A stretch of 59,232 nt of DNA. Origin: an uncultured Pseudomonadota bacterium. Its GTDB lineage: Bacteria > Pseudomonadota > Alphaproteobacteria > Rs-D84. Made by a program: the position numbers and the translations under genes. Under the pieces are notes generated by a model. The model was not told where the DNA came from, did not search any database, and saw only the letters and a list, made by a program, of their open reading frames with translations. Position 1 is the stretch's first letter; every line of letters begins with the position of its first letter. The DNA is taken from positions 1 to 59,232 of the forward strand of contig CADARU010000003.1 of NCBI GenBank assembly GCA_902790415.1, in the 5' to 3' direction. Of this stretch, positions 47,023 to 56,914 are shown one piece after another.

Positions 47023-47301
47023 ATGGTAAGTGAAAGACAAAATAATTCTAGATACGAAGTGTTTTTGGCACTTAGTCGTTTGGCAAATGCGGATTATCAT
47101 ATTGACAGATTTGATAATGCGACCATAGGTTTTGAATATCGTGTTGCACGTTGTTATAAATTATCTTGTGGTTACCGTATTACAAATATTGGTATTTTTG
47201 ATAGTAAGAGTCACAAGATTAATATTTCCAGAGCGTATGAAAAAAAGTTATATCTTTTGACCGAGAAAAAATATAATTCTATAAAAAAGGTGGCTCATTA
47301 A
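47023..47301 (+). CDS. hypothetical protein
   Basis: 92-aa ORF after a GGGGG RBS, followed by a terminator hairpin at 47304-47335. Confidence 0.5.
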   Translation: MVSERQNNSRYEVFLALSRLANADYHIDRFDNATIGFEYRVARCYKLSCGYRITNIGIFDSKSHKINISRAYEKKLYLLTEKKYNSIKKVAH

Positions 47302-47388
47302 ACAAAAAAAGGACGAAATTTTTCGTCCTTTTTTTAATACGACAAAAAGGCGCGCATAAAATGCACGCCAAATTTTTTGTCGTAAAAC

Positions 47389-47649
47389 TTACGCTAATTT
47401 AGCAGCCTGTTTTGTCAAACGAGAAACTTTACGAGAAGCACGTTTTTTCGGCATTGTTTTGCCTGCGGCTTTCATCATTTTGCTTTCTGCGCTGCGAACC
47501 GCGGCGATTGCGGCGGCTTTATCGCCAGATGCAATTGCTTTGACTGCTTTCTTGTTTTCTGTTTTAACCGCACTGCGACGGGCAGTGTTGATTGCGTTCT
47601 TTTTGGCCGAAACCAAAATTCTTTTTTTAGATGATTTGTGATTTGCCAC
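47389..47649 (-). CDS. rpsT: 30S ribosomal protein S20
   Basis: MANHKSSKKR...N..RRS..KT..KK...ASRKVSRL; GTG start. Confidence 0.95.
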   Translation of the reverse strand: MANHKSSKKRILVSAKKNAINTARRSAVKTENKKAVKAIASGDKAAAIAAVRSAESKMMKAAGKTMPKKRASRKVSRLTKQAAKLA

Positions 47650-47723
47650 TTTTTTTTCCTTTTATTTAATCACGTTTTCATGTTATTTTATAGTAAACAA
47701 ACTTAAAATCAAGGAAAAATAAC

Positions 47724-48311
47724 ATGATGTACATATTTGCTTTAGTTATTTCTTATCTATTGGGTTCAATTCCTATGGGATTGCTGTTGACACGTTTGAT
47801 GGGACGCGGCGACCTGCGCAAGGTGGGCAGTGGTAACATTGGCGCAACAAATGTTATGCGTGTCGGTGGTCTGCGTATGGCGGGACTTGCATGGTTGTTG
47901 GATATGGCCAAGGCATTTATTGCGGTGCTGGTTGGACGATATGTTGGGGGCGATGTATTTGGCGCGTGGTGCGCGGTATTTGCCGTTGTGGGACATTGTT
48001 TTCCGATATGGCTGCGGTTTCATGGGGGCAAGGGTGTGTCTTGCTTGTTTGGGGCTTTGTTGGCGATAAATCCATGGTTGTTCGTATTTTGTGGTATAGA
48101 GTGGTTGATAGTTGCACTGTCTTTTGGTTATTCATCCTTGGGGGCATTGGTTGTTTTTGTGTTGGCACCTTTTTTTGCGTTCTTTTTAGGATGGGGGATA
48201 GGATTGGCGATATTGATAATTTCTGTGATATGTGTTTTACGACATTTAGAAAATATCGGACGGTTGGTTGGCGGAACAGAATCCAAAGTTGTTTGGCGTT
48301 GGAAAAAATAA
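47724..48311 (+). CDS. plsY: glycerol-3-phosphate acyltransferase PlsY
   Basis: SYLLGSIP.G, GSGNIGATN, D..K, GHCFP...F.GGKGV, RH.ENI.RL..G.E. Confidence 0.95.
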   Translation: MMYIFALVISYLLGSIPMGLLLTRLMGRGDLRKVGSGNIGATNVMRVGGLRMAGLAWLLDMAKAFIAVLVGRYVGGDVFGAWCAVFAVVGHCFPIWLRFHGGKGVSCLFGALLAINPWLFVFCGIEWLIVALSFGYSSLGALVVFVLAPFFAFFLGWGIGLAILIISVICVLRHLENIGRLVGGTESKVVWRWKK

Positions 48312-48383
48312 GGGGCTTTTGCCCTTTATTTTTTTGTTTTTTTGTGATATAATATGCCCAGAGTAAGAGTGGAGTTTTCAATC

Positions 48384-49247
48384 ATGAAAAAGTTTTTTAT
48401 CTTGTTGATGTTGGTTGCGCCTGTTTTTCAAGCAGTTGGACGTGATGCACCCGAGGCATCGCGCGTGGGAATGGTTTCGATGAAGATTGGTGCGGCCCAG
48501 GGACGTGCAGCGGGTACCGCATCAAAAAATCAACTAAGCACACCTTCTGTATCGGTCAGCACAAATCATTATCAACCAACAATCAAAGATGAAACAGCCA
48601 AGCCGATATTAAAACCGGAACCAGAAATAAAACCGGAACCACAAAAACCAGATATGCGCGAAGAAGAACGCATGATGTGTTTAAATAATAATATTGGTGT
48701 TGGTAATACTTTTGTTTGGGCTTCTAAGTTTAGTAATACCAGCAGTTATGCATCTATGCAGGAAGATACCAAAAATCCTGAAAATAATGTTTGTTTTGCC
48801 AAGGTTGATTTGAGATCTGTTGATGGGGCGGTTGATTTGTCCGGTCTGCCAAGCAAATATTTCCAATGGGGACAAAACGTTGTATGTGGTTCTTGGGTTG
48901 ATGAAAAAGATTTAGAAAAACGTATTTTGGATGCCAAGAAAAAGGGACGCGTTTGGGCAACTGTTGGTGGTGCGGTTGGTGGTGCCGCGGTCGGTGTTAC
49001 ATCTATGGAATTGTTTGGTAACAAATTGATTGGGGGCAAGGTAGAAGGTCAAAAGAATAAAAAGTTGACCGATACAGAAAAGTTACGTTCCCAGTTATTG
49101 GTGTTAAAGAAAGATAATGACCCGCGTTTCAGTTCGTTTATGATAGATTTGCGTAAATTAAAGGACTTGTGCGATAGTTTGCCGACTAAAAATGATGAAG
49201 CGACAAATTTGTGCAACTTTGATTTTGCGACATTGTTGGCGATATAG
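48384..49247 (+). CDS. secreted protein with glycine-zipper segment
   Basis: signal peptide, PE/KP linker, paired Cys, TVGGAVGGAAVGV. Confidence 0.75.
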   Translation: MKKFFILLMLVAPVFQAVGRDAPEASRVGMVSMKIGAAQGRAAGTASKNQLSTPSVSVSTNHYQPTIKDETAKPILKPEPEIKPEPQKPDMREEERMMCLNNNIGVGNTFVWASKFSNTSSYASMQEDTKNPENNVCFAKVDLRSVDGAVDLSGLPSKYFQWGQNVVCGSWVDEKDLEKRILDAKKKGRVWATVGGAVGGAAVGVTSMELFGNKLIGGKVEGQKNKKLTDTEKLRSQLLVLKKDNDPRFSSFMIDLRKLKDLCDSLPTKNDEATNLCNFDFATLLAI

Positions 49248-49343
49248 TTTCGTTGCAATGTAATAAAAATTTCCCCCTTTGTGTTTTAAGGGGGTGTTTT
49301 TTTTACTTTAAATGTCTATGTTGTATTTATTATAGTGAACGTT

Positions 49344-50357
49344 ATGACAGATATATTTGAACATTTGTTGGTATTGCGTACGCCTGGTATTGGGCCGGTT
49401 AAATATAATGATTTGTTAAATCAGTATGGGACTGTGTCGGCGGTGGTAGATGCGATAGGCGTGTCGGGTGATGTGCGTGATGCGGTTATGCGTGAAATTG
49501 ATGTGGCGCAAAAAATGGGAATACAATTTATTCACGAATCGGATGATTTGTACCCACGTGCATTAAAAAATGCAAAAAATCATCCGCCTGTGATAACTGT
49601 GCGTGGAAATGTTTCGGTGTTGGGGCGTACTTGTGTGGGGATTGTTGGTACAAGGCACGCCACCGCCACGGGGATGGAATTTATTGCAAATATGGCACAT
49701 GCATTTGCCGCGCATGGGGTTGCGGTTGTGTCTGGGATGGCGATGGGAACCGATACCGCCGCGCATGTTGGGGCGTTACGCGCAGATGGAAAAAACAACA
49801 CAATTGCGGTATTGGCGGGCGGTGTCGATTATATTTGGCCATTAGAAAACGAAAAACTGTATTATCAAATATTAGAACGTGGGGCAGTTGTATCTGAAAT
49901 GCCGATTGGCTTTATCCCCAAAGGAACAAATTTTGTGCAACGAAACCGTATAATCGCAGGAATAGGGGACAAATTGATTTTGTCCGAAGCCGATTCGAAT
50001 TCGGGCAGTATGAAAACGGCGGCCTTTGCCAAACAATTTGCGAGACAAATATACGCAATACCATCACATCCCGCAGATTCCAGGGCCGCCGGGCCAAATT
50101 CACTGATTCGGTCAGGGGATGCAATTTTGTGCCAAGGGGTTCAAGATTTTTTTGTATGTGATACCAAACAGAAACAAAATGAAAAAAAATCCGAATCGGA
50201 AAATGAAATTTTAGATAAAATAGGAACGATTCCATTATCAGAATCTGTATTGACAGAAATTGTCGGAAAAAACATTTCGGAAATCAAACGCGAATTAATA
50301 GTGTTAGAATTGCAGGGTTTAATAAGAAAACAAGATGGTGGATATGTTCGTTGTTAA
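49344..50357 (+). CDS. dprA: DNA-processing protein DprA
   Basis: YP..L, VGIVGTR, VVSGMA.GTD..AH, VVSEMP, F..RNRII, SGS..TA, C-terminal wHTH. Confidence 0.94.
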   Translation: MTDIFEHLLVLRTPGIGPVKYNDLLNQYGTVSAVVDAIGVSGDVRDAVMREIDVAQKMGIQFIHESDDLYPRALKNAKNHPPVITVRGNVSVLGRTCVGIVGTRHATATGMEFIANMAHAFAAHGVAVVSGMAMGTDTAAHVGALRADGKNNTIAVLAGGVDYIWPLENEKLYYQILERGAVVSEMPIGFIPKGTNFVQRNRIIAGIGDKLILSEADSNSGSMKTAAFAKQFARQIYAIPSHPADSRAAGPNSLIRSGDAILCQGVQDFFVCDTKQKQNEKKSESENEILDKIGTIPLSESVLTEIVGKNISEIKRELIVLELQGLIRKQDGGYVRC

Positions 50358-50693
50358 AAAAAACTTTGTATATACGGTGTCTATACAAACCGCAGAAAAC
50401 AAGGAAAAAAACGAATCGTTGTCAAAAAATAAATTTGAAATTTTTGTTTAACATTTTGTTGCAAATGGAAATGAATATTTTAAATTGTTTGTGTAAAAGT
50501 TAGGGCGGTTGAGAACAGAAACCCTAACAGAAAGGAAGAATTAAGATAGGTTAGGTTTTCAAGTAAGCGAGAGAGTTGAGTGTAGGGCAAAAAAGATACA
50601 AGGATAGATATGTTCTTGTGTTTTTGTGCAGGTGCTTTTTGCATCAAAAAAACCGGCAGGAAACTCTTTTAAAAAAAGGAAAGGAGAAACGGC

Positions 50694-51974
50694 ATGCAGG
50701 CGACAAACATCAAACGTCAAATAAACGTAGATGCAATCAAAAATGAAATTGCGTCTAAGATGGATGCGGCATGTTTTTCTTCTTGGATTAACCCTTTGAA
50801 TTTTAGTGTTGAAAATGGTGTTTTGGTTTTGACCGCACCAAATCAATTTACGGCTGATTTTGTTTCCGCGACATATTCAAATATTATAAACAATGTGGCA
50901 AGAGATTATGACTTGTCTGTTTGTGTTCGTGTTGGTGCAACAAAAATTGTCGCAACACGTGGTGCAAATGATAACAATGCGCAAACGTATTCTGCGCCTG
51001 TTGTGGCCGATGTAAAACAATATTCTGATTTTGATTCTTTTGTTTCTTGTGAAGAAAATGCGTTTGTTTTGTCGGCATGTAAAAAAATGGCGGCTGGTGC
51101 GGTTAGTTTTTCGCCTTTGTTTATCTATGGCCCGGCGGGTTGTGGCAAAAGCACATTGGCGGGTTGCGTTGCGATGGCAGGGCGTGGCAAAACAGTAATG
51201 ATGTCTGGGGCGCAATTTGTTTCCGAATTTGCACGTGCGTTGCATGACCGTACAATATTTGCATTCAAAGATTATTGCCGTAATTGTGATACATTTATTT
51301 TGGATGATGTTCAAGTTTTAGCCGGCAAACGTGCAACATGTGAAGAATTTTTGCAATTAATTGTTGATTTGCGCAATGCAGGAAAAAATATTGTGTTGGT
51401 TGCGGATTCTGCCCCAAGTAATTTGACCGGTTTTGATCATCGTGCACAATCTTTGTTTGCATCTGGATTGGTTGCGGATGTCGTCGCGCCAACGCGTGCG
51501 GTTCGTCGTGAAATGTTCGTGCGTGCCGGTGTTAAATCAGATGTTGCCGATATGTTGGCGTCACGCGTATTGGCAAATGGACATATTGTATCCGGCATTT
51601 TGAACAAGGTTCGTACATATTGCGAACTGATGAACGAATCGGTTGATATGACAATGGCGGAACGTTTGTTGGGTGACACATTGAAAAAATCTAAATCGCC
51701 AATTGTTATGGTTCGCGCAATGTGTGAAAAATTGGGTGTGTCTTATGATGCGGTTTGTGGTAACGGTCGTAATCGTGCGTTGGTTTTGGCGCGTCAAATG
51801 ATGATGTATGTTTTGAAAATGGCGTCTGGTTTATCTTTGACTGAAATTGGACAATATGTTGGTGACCGTGATCATGCAACCGTTATGTATGCGATTAACC
51901 GTATTGAAAAAATGAAAGATTCTGATTTGATTATGAATGCCCAATTAACTGAATTGATTGATGAATATAAATAA
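50694..51974 (+). CDS. dnaA: chromosomal replication initiator DnaA (divergent AAA+ motifs)
   Basis: domain I (FSSWI.PL, APNQF..D.V), PLFIYG..GCGKS, LDDVQ.LAGK.AT.EEF, domain IV RQ..MY...SL.EIG...RDH.TV.YA. Confidence 0.92.
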   Translation: MQATNIKRQINVDAIKNEIASKMDAACFSSWINPLNFSVENGVLVLTAPNQFTADFVSATYSNIINNVARDYDLSVCVRVGATKIVATRGANDNNAQTYSAPVVADVKQYSDFDSFVSCEENAFVLSACKKMAAGAVSFSPLFIYGPAGCGKSTLAGCVAMAGRGKTVMMSGAQFVSEFARALHDRTIFAFKDYCRNCDTFILDDVQVLAGKRATCEEFLQLIVDLRNAGKNIVLVADSAPSNLTGFDHRAQSLFASGLVADVVAPTRAVRREMFVRAGVKSDVADMLASRVLANGHIVSGILNKVRTYCELMNESVDMTMAERLLGDTLKKSKSPIVMVRAMCEKLGVSYDAVCGNGRNRALVLARQMMMYVLKMASGLSLTEIGQYVGDRDHATVMYAINRIEKMKDSDLIMNAQLTELIDEYK

Positions 51975-52055
51975 TTTATAAAAAAATCTTTTCTTGACAA
52001 TAATAAATATTTGTACTAACATTCTCTTTGAAATAAGAAACCAAGGAGGTTAGCC

Positions 52056-52562
52056 ATGGCTTTTGGATTATTCAAAAAGAAAAATAATATTGAACCGGCA
52101 CCTGTTGCCAAGTCCTTTAAAAAGACATCAAAAAAGAAAGATACATACACATTGAAATTGGACAATGTCATGATGGACATAAACATGTTTAGTTTATGTA
52201 AAGAAGCGCCTTTGGGGGTTACAAAGTTAAATGGTAAACCCTATGGTGATATTGACAGCGGATTTGTTACCTGTGTTTTGTTTGAAAATCCTTTTGCGGT
52301 TGAAACCGGGCGTGATTTTAAACAAAACAAAGAAATTTTTGGTGAAAAGATTGCATCAACAATCATCAAATATCATGCATGGAACGCAAAGCAGGGTGAT
52401 AAACCGGTTATTACATTATATCCTGCGATGCTGGGGTATGAAGGCGAAACAGTTGAAGATGCATTATCTAAATTAAATCATGCCACACGTCGTGATTGTT
52501 TGTATCAAATAAAGTTGCGTGAAAATTTGTATAGACAATATGAAGATAGTCAATCTAGATAA
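52056..52562 (+). CDS. hypothetical protein
   Basis: RBS AGGAGG, TTGACA promoter at 51994, terminator at 52561-52590. Confidence 0.7.
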   Translation: MAFGLFKKKNNIEPAPVAKSFKKTSKKKDTYTLKLDNVMMDINMFSLCKEAPLGVTKLNGKPYGDIDSGFVTCVLFENPFAVETGRDFKQNKEIFGEKIASTIIKYHAWNAKQGDKPVITLYPAMLGYEGETVEDALSKLNHATRRDCLYQIKLRENLYRQYEDSQSR

Positions 52563-52590
52563 AAAGATGCGCCAATTTGGCGCATCTTTT
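52561..52590. terminator. bidirectional terminator before parE 3' end
   Basis: AAAAGATGCGCCAA-tt-TGGCGCATCTTTT. Confidence 0.85.
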
Positions 52591-54568
52591 ATACAAACAA
52601 ATCTTTTACAAATTGGGCATGTTCGGTAATGAAACGGAATCTGAATTCCGGCTTTTTGCCCATTAGTTCTGAAACAATTGTGCGTGTTTTTTCGGTGTCT
52701 TCCATGCCGTCATCGGTTTTTGGCGGTAATTCAACACGAATCAGTTTGCGTGTTTTTGGGGACATAGTTGTTTCTTTTAATTGATTCGGCATCATTTCAC
52801 CCAACCCTTTGAATCGGGATATTTCAACGCGTTTGTTTTTGTATTTGCCATTTGTGAGGTTTTCCAGTTCTTCATCTGTATCAACATAAATCGATTCGGT
52901 TCCGTATGTTAATTTATACAATGGCGGACAAGACAGGTATAAATGGCCACCATAAATCAACTGGGGCATAAACTGATAGAAAAATGCCATCAACAGCGAT
53001 GCGATATGACTGCCGTCAACATCGGCATCGGTCATAACGATGATTTTTTCATATCTTAATTTATTTTCATCCCAATTTTTTGCGGTGCCTGCGCCGATAA
53101 TATCAATCAATTCATTTAATTCTTTGTTATTACCGAATCGTTCATCTGAATTAGATATAACATTTAACACCTTGCCACGTAGTGGCATAATTGCCTGGGT
53201 CGCGCGGTCGCGTGCCTGTTTCGCGGTGCCACCCGCTGATTCGCCTTCTACAATAAATAATTCAGTTCCGGCAATTCCATGTTTGGAACAATCGGCCAAT
53301 TTTGCCGGCATGCGAATACGTTTGGTTGGTGTTTTGCGTGCAACTTCTTTGACCTGTTTTACACGAATACGTGCGTTTGCCAAATTTATCACAAATTCTA
53401 ATAACGCGTTTGCGGTCTTGGGGTCTGATGCCAAAAACATTTCCCAAGGGTCGCGTAGAGCGGTCTCGGTATAGCGTGCAATTTCGGGGTTTGATAATTT
53501 TTCTTTGGTTTGCCCCAAAAATTGTGGTGTCTTATAAAATACGGAAACAATCGCCGCAACCGAATCGAAAACGTCTTCACCGATAATATTTGCCGCAGAT
53601 TTGTTGTTTACCTTTTCACCATAGGCCTTGATGCCACGTGTTATTGCAGATTTAAAACCACTCTCGTGTGTGCCGCCATCGGTGGTTGCAATGGTATTAC
53701 AATACGATGCAAAGAAACCATCATCAGATGCTGCGCCATTTTCATCGGTTAAAAAAGTTAATGCCCATTCAACCCGACCAACGCCATCAGGAAAATCAAC
53801 GGACCCTGAAAAAATTCGTGGTAAAATTTTCGGTTTATCTTTGGTTTTTTCTTCCAAGAAATCTGCAACCCCGTTTGGGTAATAAAAGGTTGTTTCGGTT
53901 GGTATGTCCATATCCCCAGTAATTAATTCGGGATTACAATACCAATCGATTTTTACGCCACGTGATAAAAATGCCTTGGCGCGCGCCATACGGTAAATTT
54001 TAACCGGTTTAAACACCGCCGCGGTACCAAATATTTCATCATCTATGGTAAATTTGATTTTTGTACCATGGGCGCGTGTGGCCGCACCGCGTGTCATTTT
54101 GGTTGTTGGCAAACCGCGTGAAAATTTCTGGTTCCATTCATATCCATCACGTGAAATAGTAACGTCCATTTCGGACGACAAGGCGTTTACAACCGCACTG
54201 CCTACACCATGCAGACCACCACTGGTTTTATAAACATTATTATTAAATTTTCCGCCGGAATGCAGTGTTGTTAAAATAACCTCTAATGCGGATTTACCGG
54301 GGTATTTCGGGTGTTCGTCAACCGGAATTCCGCGCCCATCATCGGTAATTTCTATTGTTTTTGAATCTATTAAACGCACCGTAATCTTTTTTGCGAACCC
54401 GGCAACGGCTTCGTCAATAGAATTATCCATAATTTCAATAGGCAGGTGGTGCCATGCCTTTTCATCGGTACCACCAATGTACATGCCGGGACGCAGACGA
54501 ACAGGTTCTAGTCCTTCTAGAACCTGAATATCTGATGCATCATAACTGTGTTGTTTTTCTTCTGCCAT
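52589..54568 (-). CDS. parE: DNA topoisomerase IV subunit B
   Basis: LEGLEPVRLRPGMYIG, DNSIDEA, GGLHGVG, EGESAGG, PLRGK, MTDADVDG.HI, RFKGLGEM; no GyrB insertion. Confidence 0.93.
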   Translation of the reverse strand: MAEEKQHSYDASDIQVLEGLEPVRLRPGMYIGGTDEKAWHHLPIEIMDNSIDEAVAGFAKKITVRLIDSKTIEITDDGRGIPVDEHPKYPGKSALEVILTTLHSGGKFNNNVYKTSGGLHGVGSAVVNALSSEMDVTISRDGYEWNQKFSRGLPTTKMTRGAATRAHGTKIKFTIDDEIFGTAAVFKPVKIYRMARAKAFLSRGVKIDWYCNPELITGDMDIPTETTFYYPNGVADFLEEKTKDKPKILPRIFSGSVDFPDGVGRVEWALTFLTDENGAASDDGFFASYCNTIATTDGGTHESGFKSAITRGIKAYGEKVNNKSAANIIGEDVFDSVAAIVSVFYKTPQFLGQTKEKLSNPEIARYTETALRDPWEMFLASDPKTANALLEFVINLANARIRVKQVKEVARKTPTKRIRMPAKLADCSKHGIAGTELFIVEGESAGGTAKQARDRATQAIMPLRGKVLNVISNSDERFGNNKELNELIDIIGAGTAKNWDENKLRYEKIIVMTDADVDGSHIASLLMAFFYQFMPQLIYGGHLYLSCPPLYKLTYGTESIYVDTDEELENLTNGKYKNKRVEISRFKGLGEMMPNQLKETTMSPKTRKLIRVELPPKTDDGMEDTEKTRTIVSELMGKKPEFRFRFITEHAQFVKDLFV

Positions 54569-54709
54569 AACGATACATTATTAGAACATTATTTAATTTT
54601 TGGCAAGGAAAACCTGCTTTGATTAAAATAAATTAAGAATTTTATGGGCTTGATTTTCGGTATAATGTAATTATATTTCAAGCATAAGAAAAAATAACAG
54701 GTACCAAAT

Positions 54710-55035
54710 ATGAATAAAAATCCTTATGAAGTTTTGGGGGTGGCACGTGATGCGTCCGATGCCGATATTAAAAAGGCGTATCATAAATTGGTGTTGAAAT
54801 ACCATCCTGATAAAAATCCGGGCGATAAAGAGGCCGAAGAAAAGTTCAAAGAAGTTAATAACGCATTTGATATTTTGCGTGACCCACAAAAACGTGCGGC
54901 ATACGACAGGTATGGTGATGCGGCTTTTGCCGGTGGCAATAGTGCATCGGCCGGTATGGGCGGAAATCCGTTTGGAAACGGTGCGTTCCATTTTGATATG
55001 GGTGGTGCCGGCATGGAAGATATCTTGCGCGAGGC
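54710..55035 (+). pseudogene. dnaJ: 5' fragment of chaperone DnaJ, cut at the junction
   Basis: J domain ([17 protein letters not shown]) and G/F region, then abrupt loss of homology after MEDILREA. Confidence 0.85.
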
Positions 55036-55123
55036 GGGAGCTGATGCTCTCCGCAATCTGCAGCGGCGTCACGCCGCTTTCGTACTCACGGACGCTACCG
55101 TCCGGAAAAGTAATTTTAATCAT
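55016..55123 (-). pseudogene. thrS: 5' fragment (TGS start) of a Bacteroidales-type threonine--tRNA ligase, cut at the junction
   Basis: [35 protein letters not shown] is the ThrRS TGS N-terminus; it runs into antisense dnaJ. Confidence 0.85.
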
Positions 55124-55203
55124 ATTGGATAAACCTACAAATGTTTATGCCTGCTTGACTCACAACTGCCAAGCTCGGCGTTAATATGTTGATGTTGTGA
55201 TAT

Positions 55204-56139
55204 TTATTGCAATCTAAAATTCACCGGAACGGTGTATTTGACGCGAACCGGTTTGCCTCTCTGTTTGCCGGGTTGCCATCTCGGCATGGACTTGATCACG
55301 CGTACTGCCTCTCTGTCGAGCGAAGGATCGCCGCCTGTGCGAACCACCTCCACGTTCTCTATCTTGCCGTCCTTGGCAACCACGAACTGCACGATCACGC
55401 GGCCCTGGATCGAATTCTCCTGCGCGATCTTCGGGTATTTGACGTTCGCAGAGAGGAACTCCGCCAGCGCGTCCTGTCCACCCGGGAAATCCGGCATCTG
55501 CATATAGGGTTCGAACTTCTGCTTCGGACGTTTCACCACTTTGCCTTTCTCATTGTAATAAACGGTCGTCAGGTTCGTGGTCTTCTCGTCCAAAGATTCC
55601 TCGTATTGCAGTTGCCCGTCGGGGTAATAGCACTTACGGGTATAGAAAATGCCCTCTGCGCCGTATTTGGAGGCTTTGTAACTCAGGATCACTTCCTCTT
55701 TGGTCTTGCCGTTCGGATAGAGATACGTCTCTTGCGCCAACCGATTCCGCGCTTTGGTCGGAGGCGTGCCGGGCACAACGCTCTTGCGCTCCTCGATCAC
55801 GAGGGTGTAGATCTCCATGGCTTCCACTTTGCCCTCAGCGTTGAAATAGAGCTGTTTGCCTTTCTGCAAACCCTGCCCTTCTCCTGTCGCCACTCGTTTC
55901 TGGACGGAGCGCAAGCGATCCTCCGCTTTCGTATAATACTGCATGGTCACAGTATTGGACGCGGTGTCCACTTTCTTGACCAAACCGTACATCGTCGCTG
56001 CCTCTGGCGCAACAGCTTCATAGCTGTCATTCACCCAGATCTTGGCATCCGCCGTATAAAGCGGATTTGCTTGATTTTCCGTCTGCGCGGACGCCCATAC
56101 AGGCACGCATAAAACAATAAAAATTAACAGTCTTTTCAT
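55204..56139 (-). CDS. energy transducer TonB family protein
   Basis: signal peptide, YY..G MORN-variant repeats, MPDFPGG...YP..A....IQGRV.VQFVV..DG...LDREA.RV...MP.W.PG.Q.GKPV.V.YT.PV.F. Confidence 0.9.
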   Translation of the reverse strand: MKRLLIFIVLCVPVWASAQTENQANPLYTADAKIWVNDSYEAVAPEAATMYGLVKKVDTASNTVTMQYYTKAEDRLRSVQKRVATGEGQGLQKGKQLYFNAEGKVEAMEIYTLVIEERKSVVPGTPPTKARNRLAQETYLYPNGKTKEEVILSYKASKYGAEGIFYTRKCYYPDGQLQYEESLDEKTTNLTTVYYNEKGKVVKRPKQKFEPYMQMPDFPGGQDALAEFLSANVKYPKIAQENSIQGRVIVQFVVAKDGKIENVEVVRTGGDPSLDREAVRVIKSMPRWQPGKQRGKPVRVKYTVPVNFRLQ

Positions 56140-56172
56140 GTTCCTTTTCATACGCACGTACATTTGAGCCTG

Positions 56173-56204
56173 CAAAATTACTACTTTTTTTTGACATATG
56201 CAAA
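56173..56204 (-). promoter_or_regulatory. Bacteroidota primary-sigma promoter
   Basis: TTTG-N20-TAATTTTG on the minus strand. Confidence 0.75.
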
Positions 56205-56388
56205 TATAAAATTTTCAACAAAAAGTGTATATATACTATGTATAAACACGTTCACCATAGGATACCTCCCCTTTCCGTCTAGGTTTTCCCCGCTTAACGG
56301 GGACAACCTCACCTATGGTGCGATCACTATCTTTACCCTATTTTGTGTTCTCCGTCATTGTGTTTTGTCGATTATTTTTACATAATTA

Positions 56389-56420
56389 TTTGCACAATTC
56401 GAAAAAAAATTGTAAATTTG
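56389..56420 (+). promoter_or_regulatory. Bacteroidota primary-sigma promoter
   Basis: TTTG(56389)-N20-TAAATTTG(56413). Confidence 0.78.
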
Positions 56421-56440
56421 CACCCGATTTCGAGACGGCT

Positions 56441-56902
56441 ATGATTGACACTTTTATTCAGACAAATTGGATACAGTTGCTGACGAAAGTTCTGTTGGCG
56501 ACGGCGTTGGGTTATTTGATGGGTATGGAGCGCGAGATGCACGGCAAAGCGGTGGGCCGCAGGACCATCTCATTAATCGCGATCGGCAGTATGCTGTATG
56601 TTTTGATGTCCCCCTCTATCATGGGCGGCGACAATTCCCGTGTGATAGCGCAAGTGGTGTCAGGAATCGGTTTTCTAGGCGCAGGTATTATCTTCAAGCA
56701 CGGCGACACGGTAAGAGGTCTGACCACAGCAGCCACCGTGTGGTGCGCCGCAGCTATCGGCTGTCTTTGCGGTGTGGGCATGTTTGCCGAAGCCATCATC
56801 GGAACGGCAGTAGTGATGATCATCAACCTGCTATTCAAACATCCGGCGAAGAAGGGACAAAGTGACAAAGGACAAAGTGACAAAGGAATTAGGGAAAATT
56901 AA
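56441..56902 (+). CDS. MgtC/SapB family membrane protein
   Basis: G.ERE..GKAVG.RT, RVIAQVVSGIGFLGAGII, GLTTAATVW. Confidence 0.93.
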   Translation: MIDTFIQTNWIQLLTKVLLATALGYLMGMEREMHGKAVGRRTISLIAIGSMLYVLMSPSIMGGDNSRVIAQVVSGIGFLGAGIIFKHGDTVRGLTTAATVWCAAAIGCLCGVGMFAEAIIGTAVVMIINLLFKHPAKKGQSDKGQSDKGIREN

Positions 56903-56914
56903 TTACTGATACTT

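Noticed and set aside
50445..50465. CtrA box upstream of dnaA
   Set aside because: Only one TTAA half-site matches (TTAA-N7-TTGC); not distinguishable from chance in AT-rich DNA.
54671..55132. TGS-fusion ORF (150 aa, minus) and short J-domain protein (140 aa, plus) as novel proteins
   Set aside because: Both are read-through products across the probable chimeric junction.
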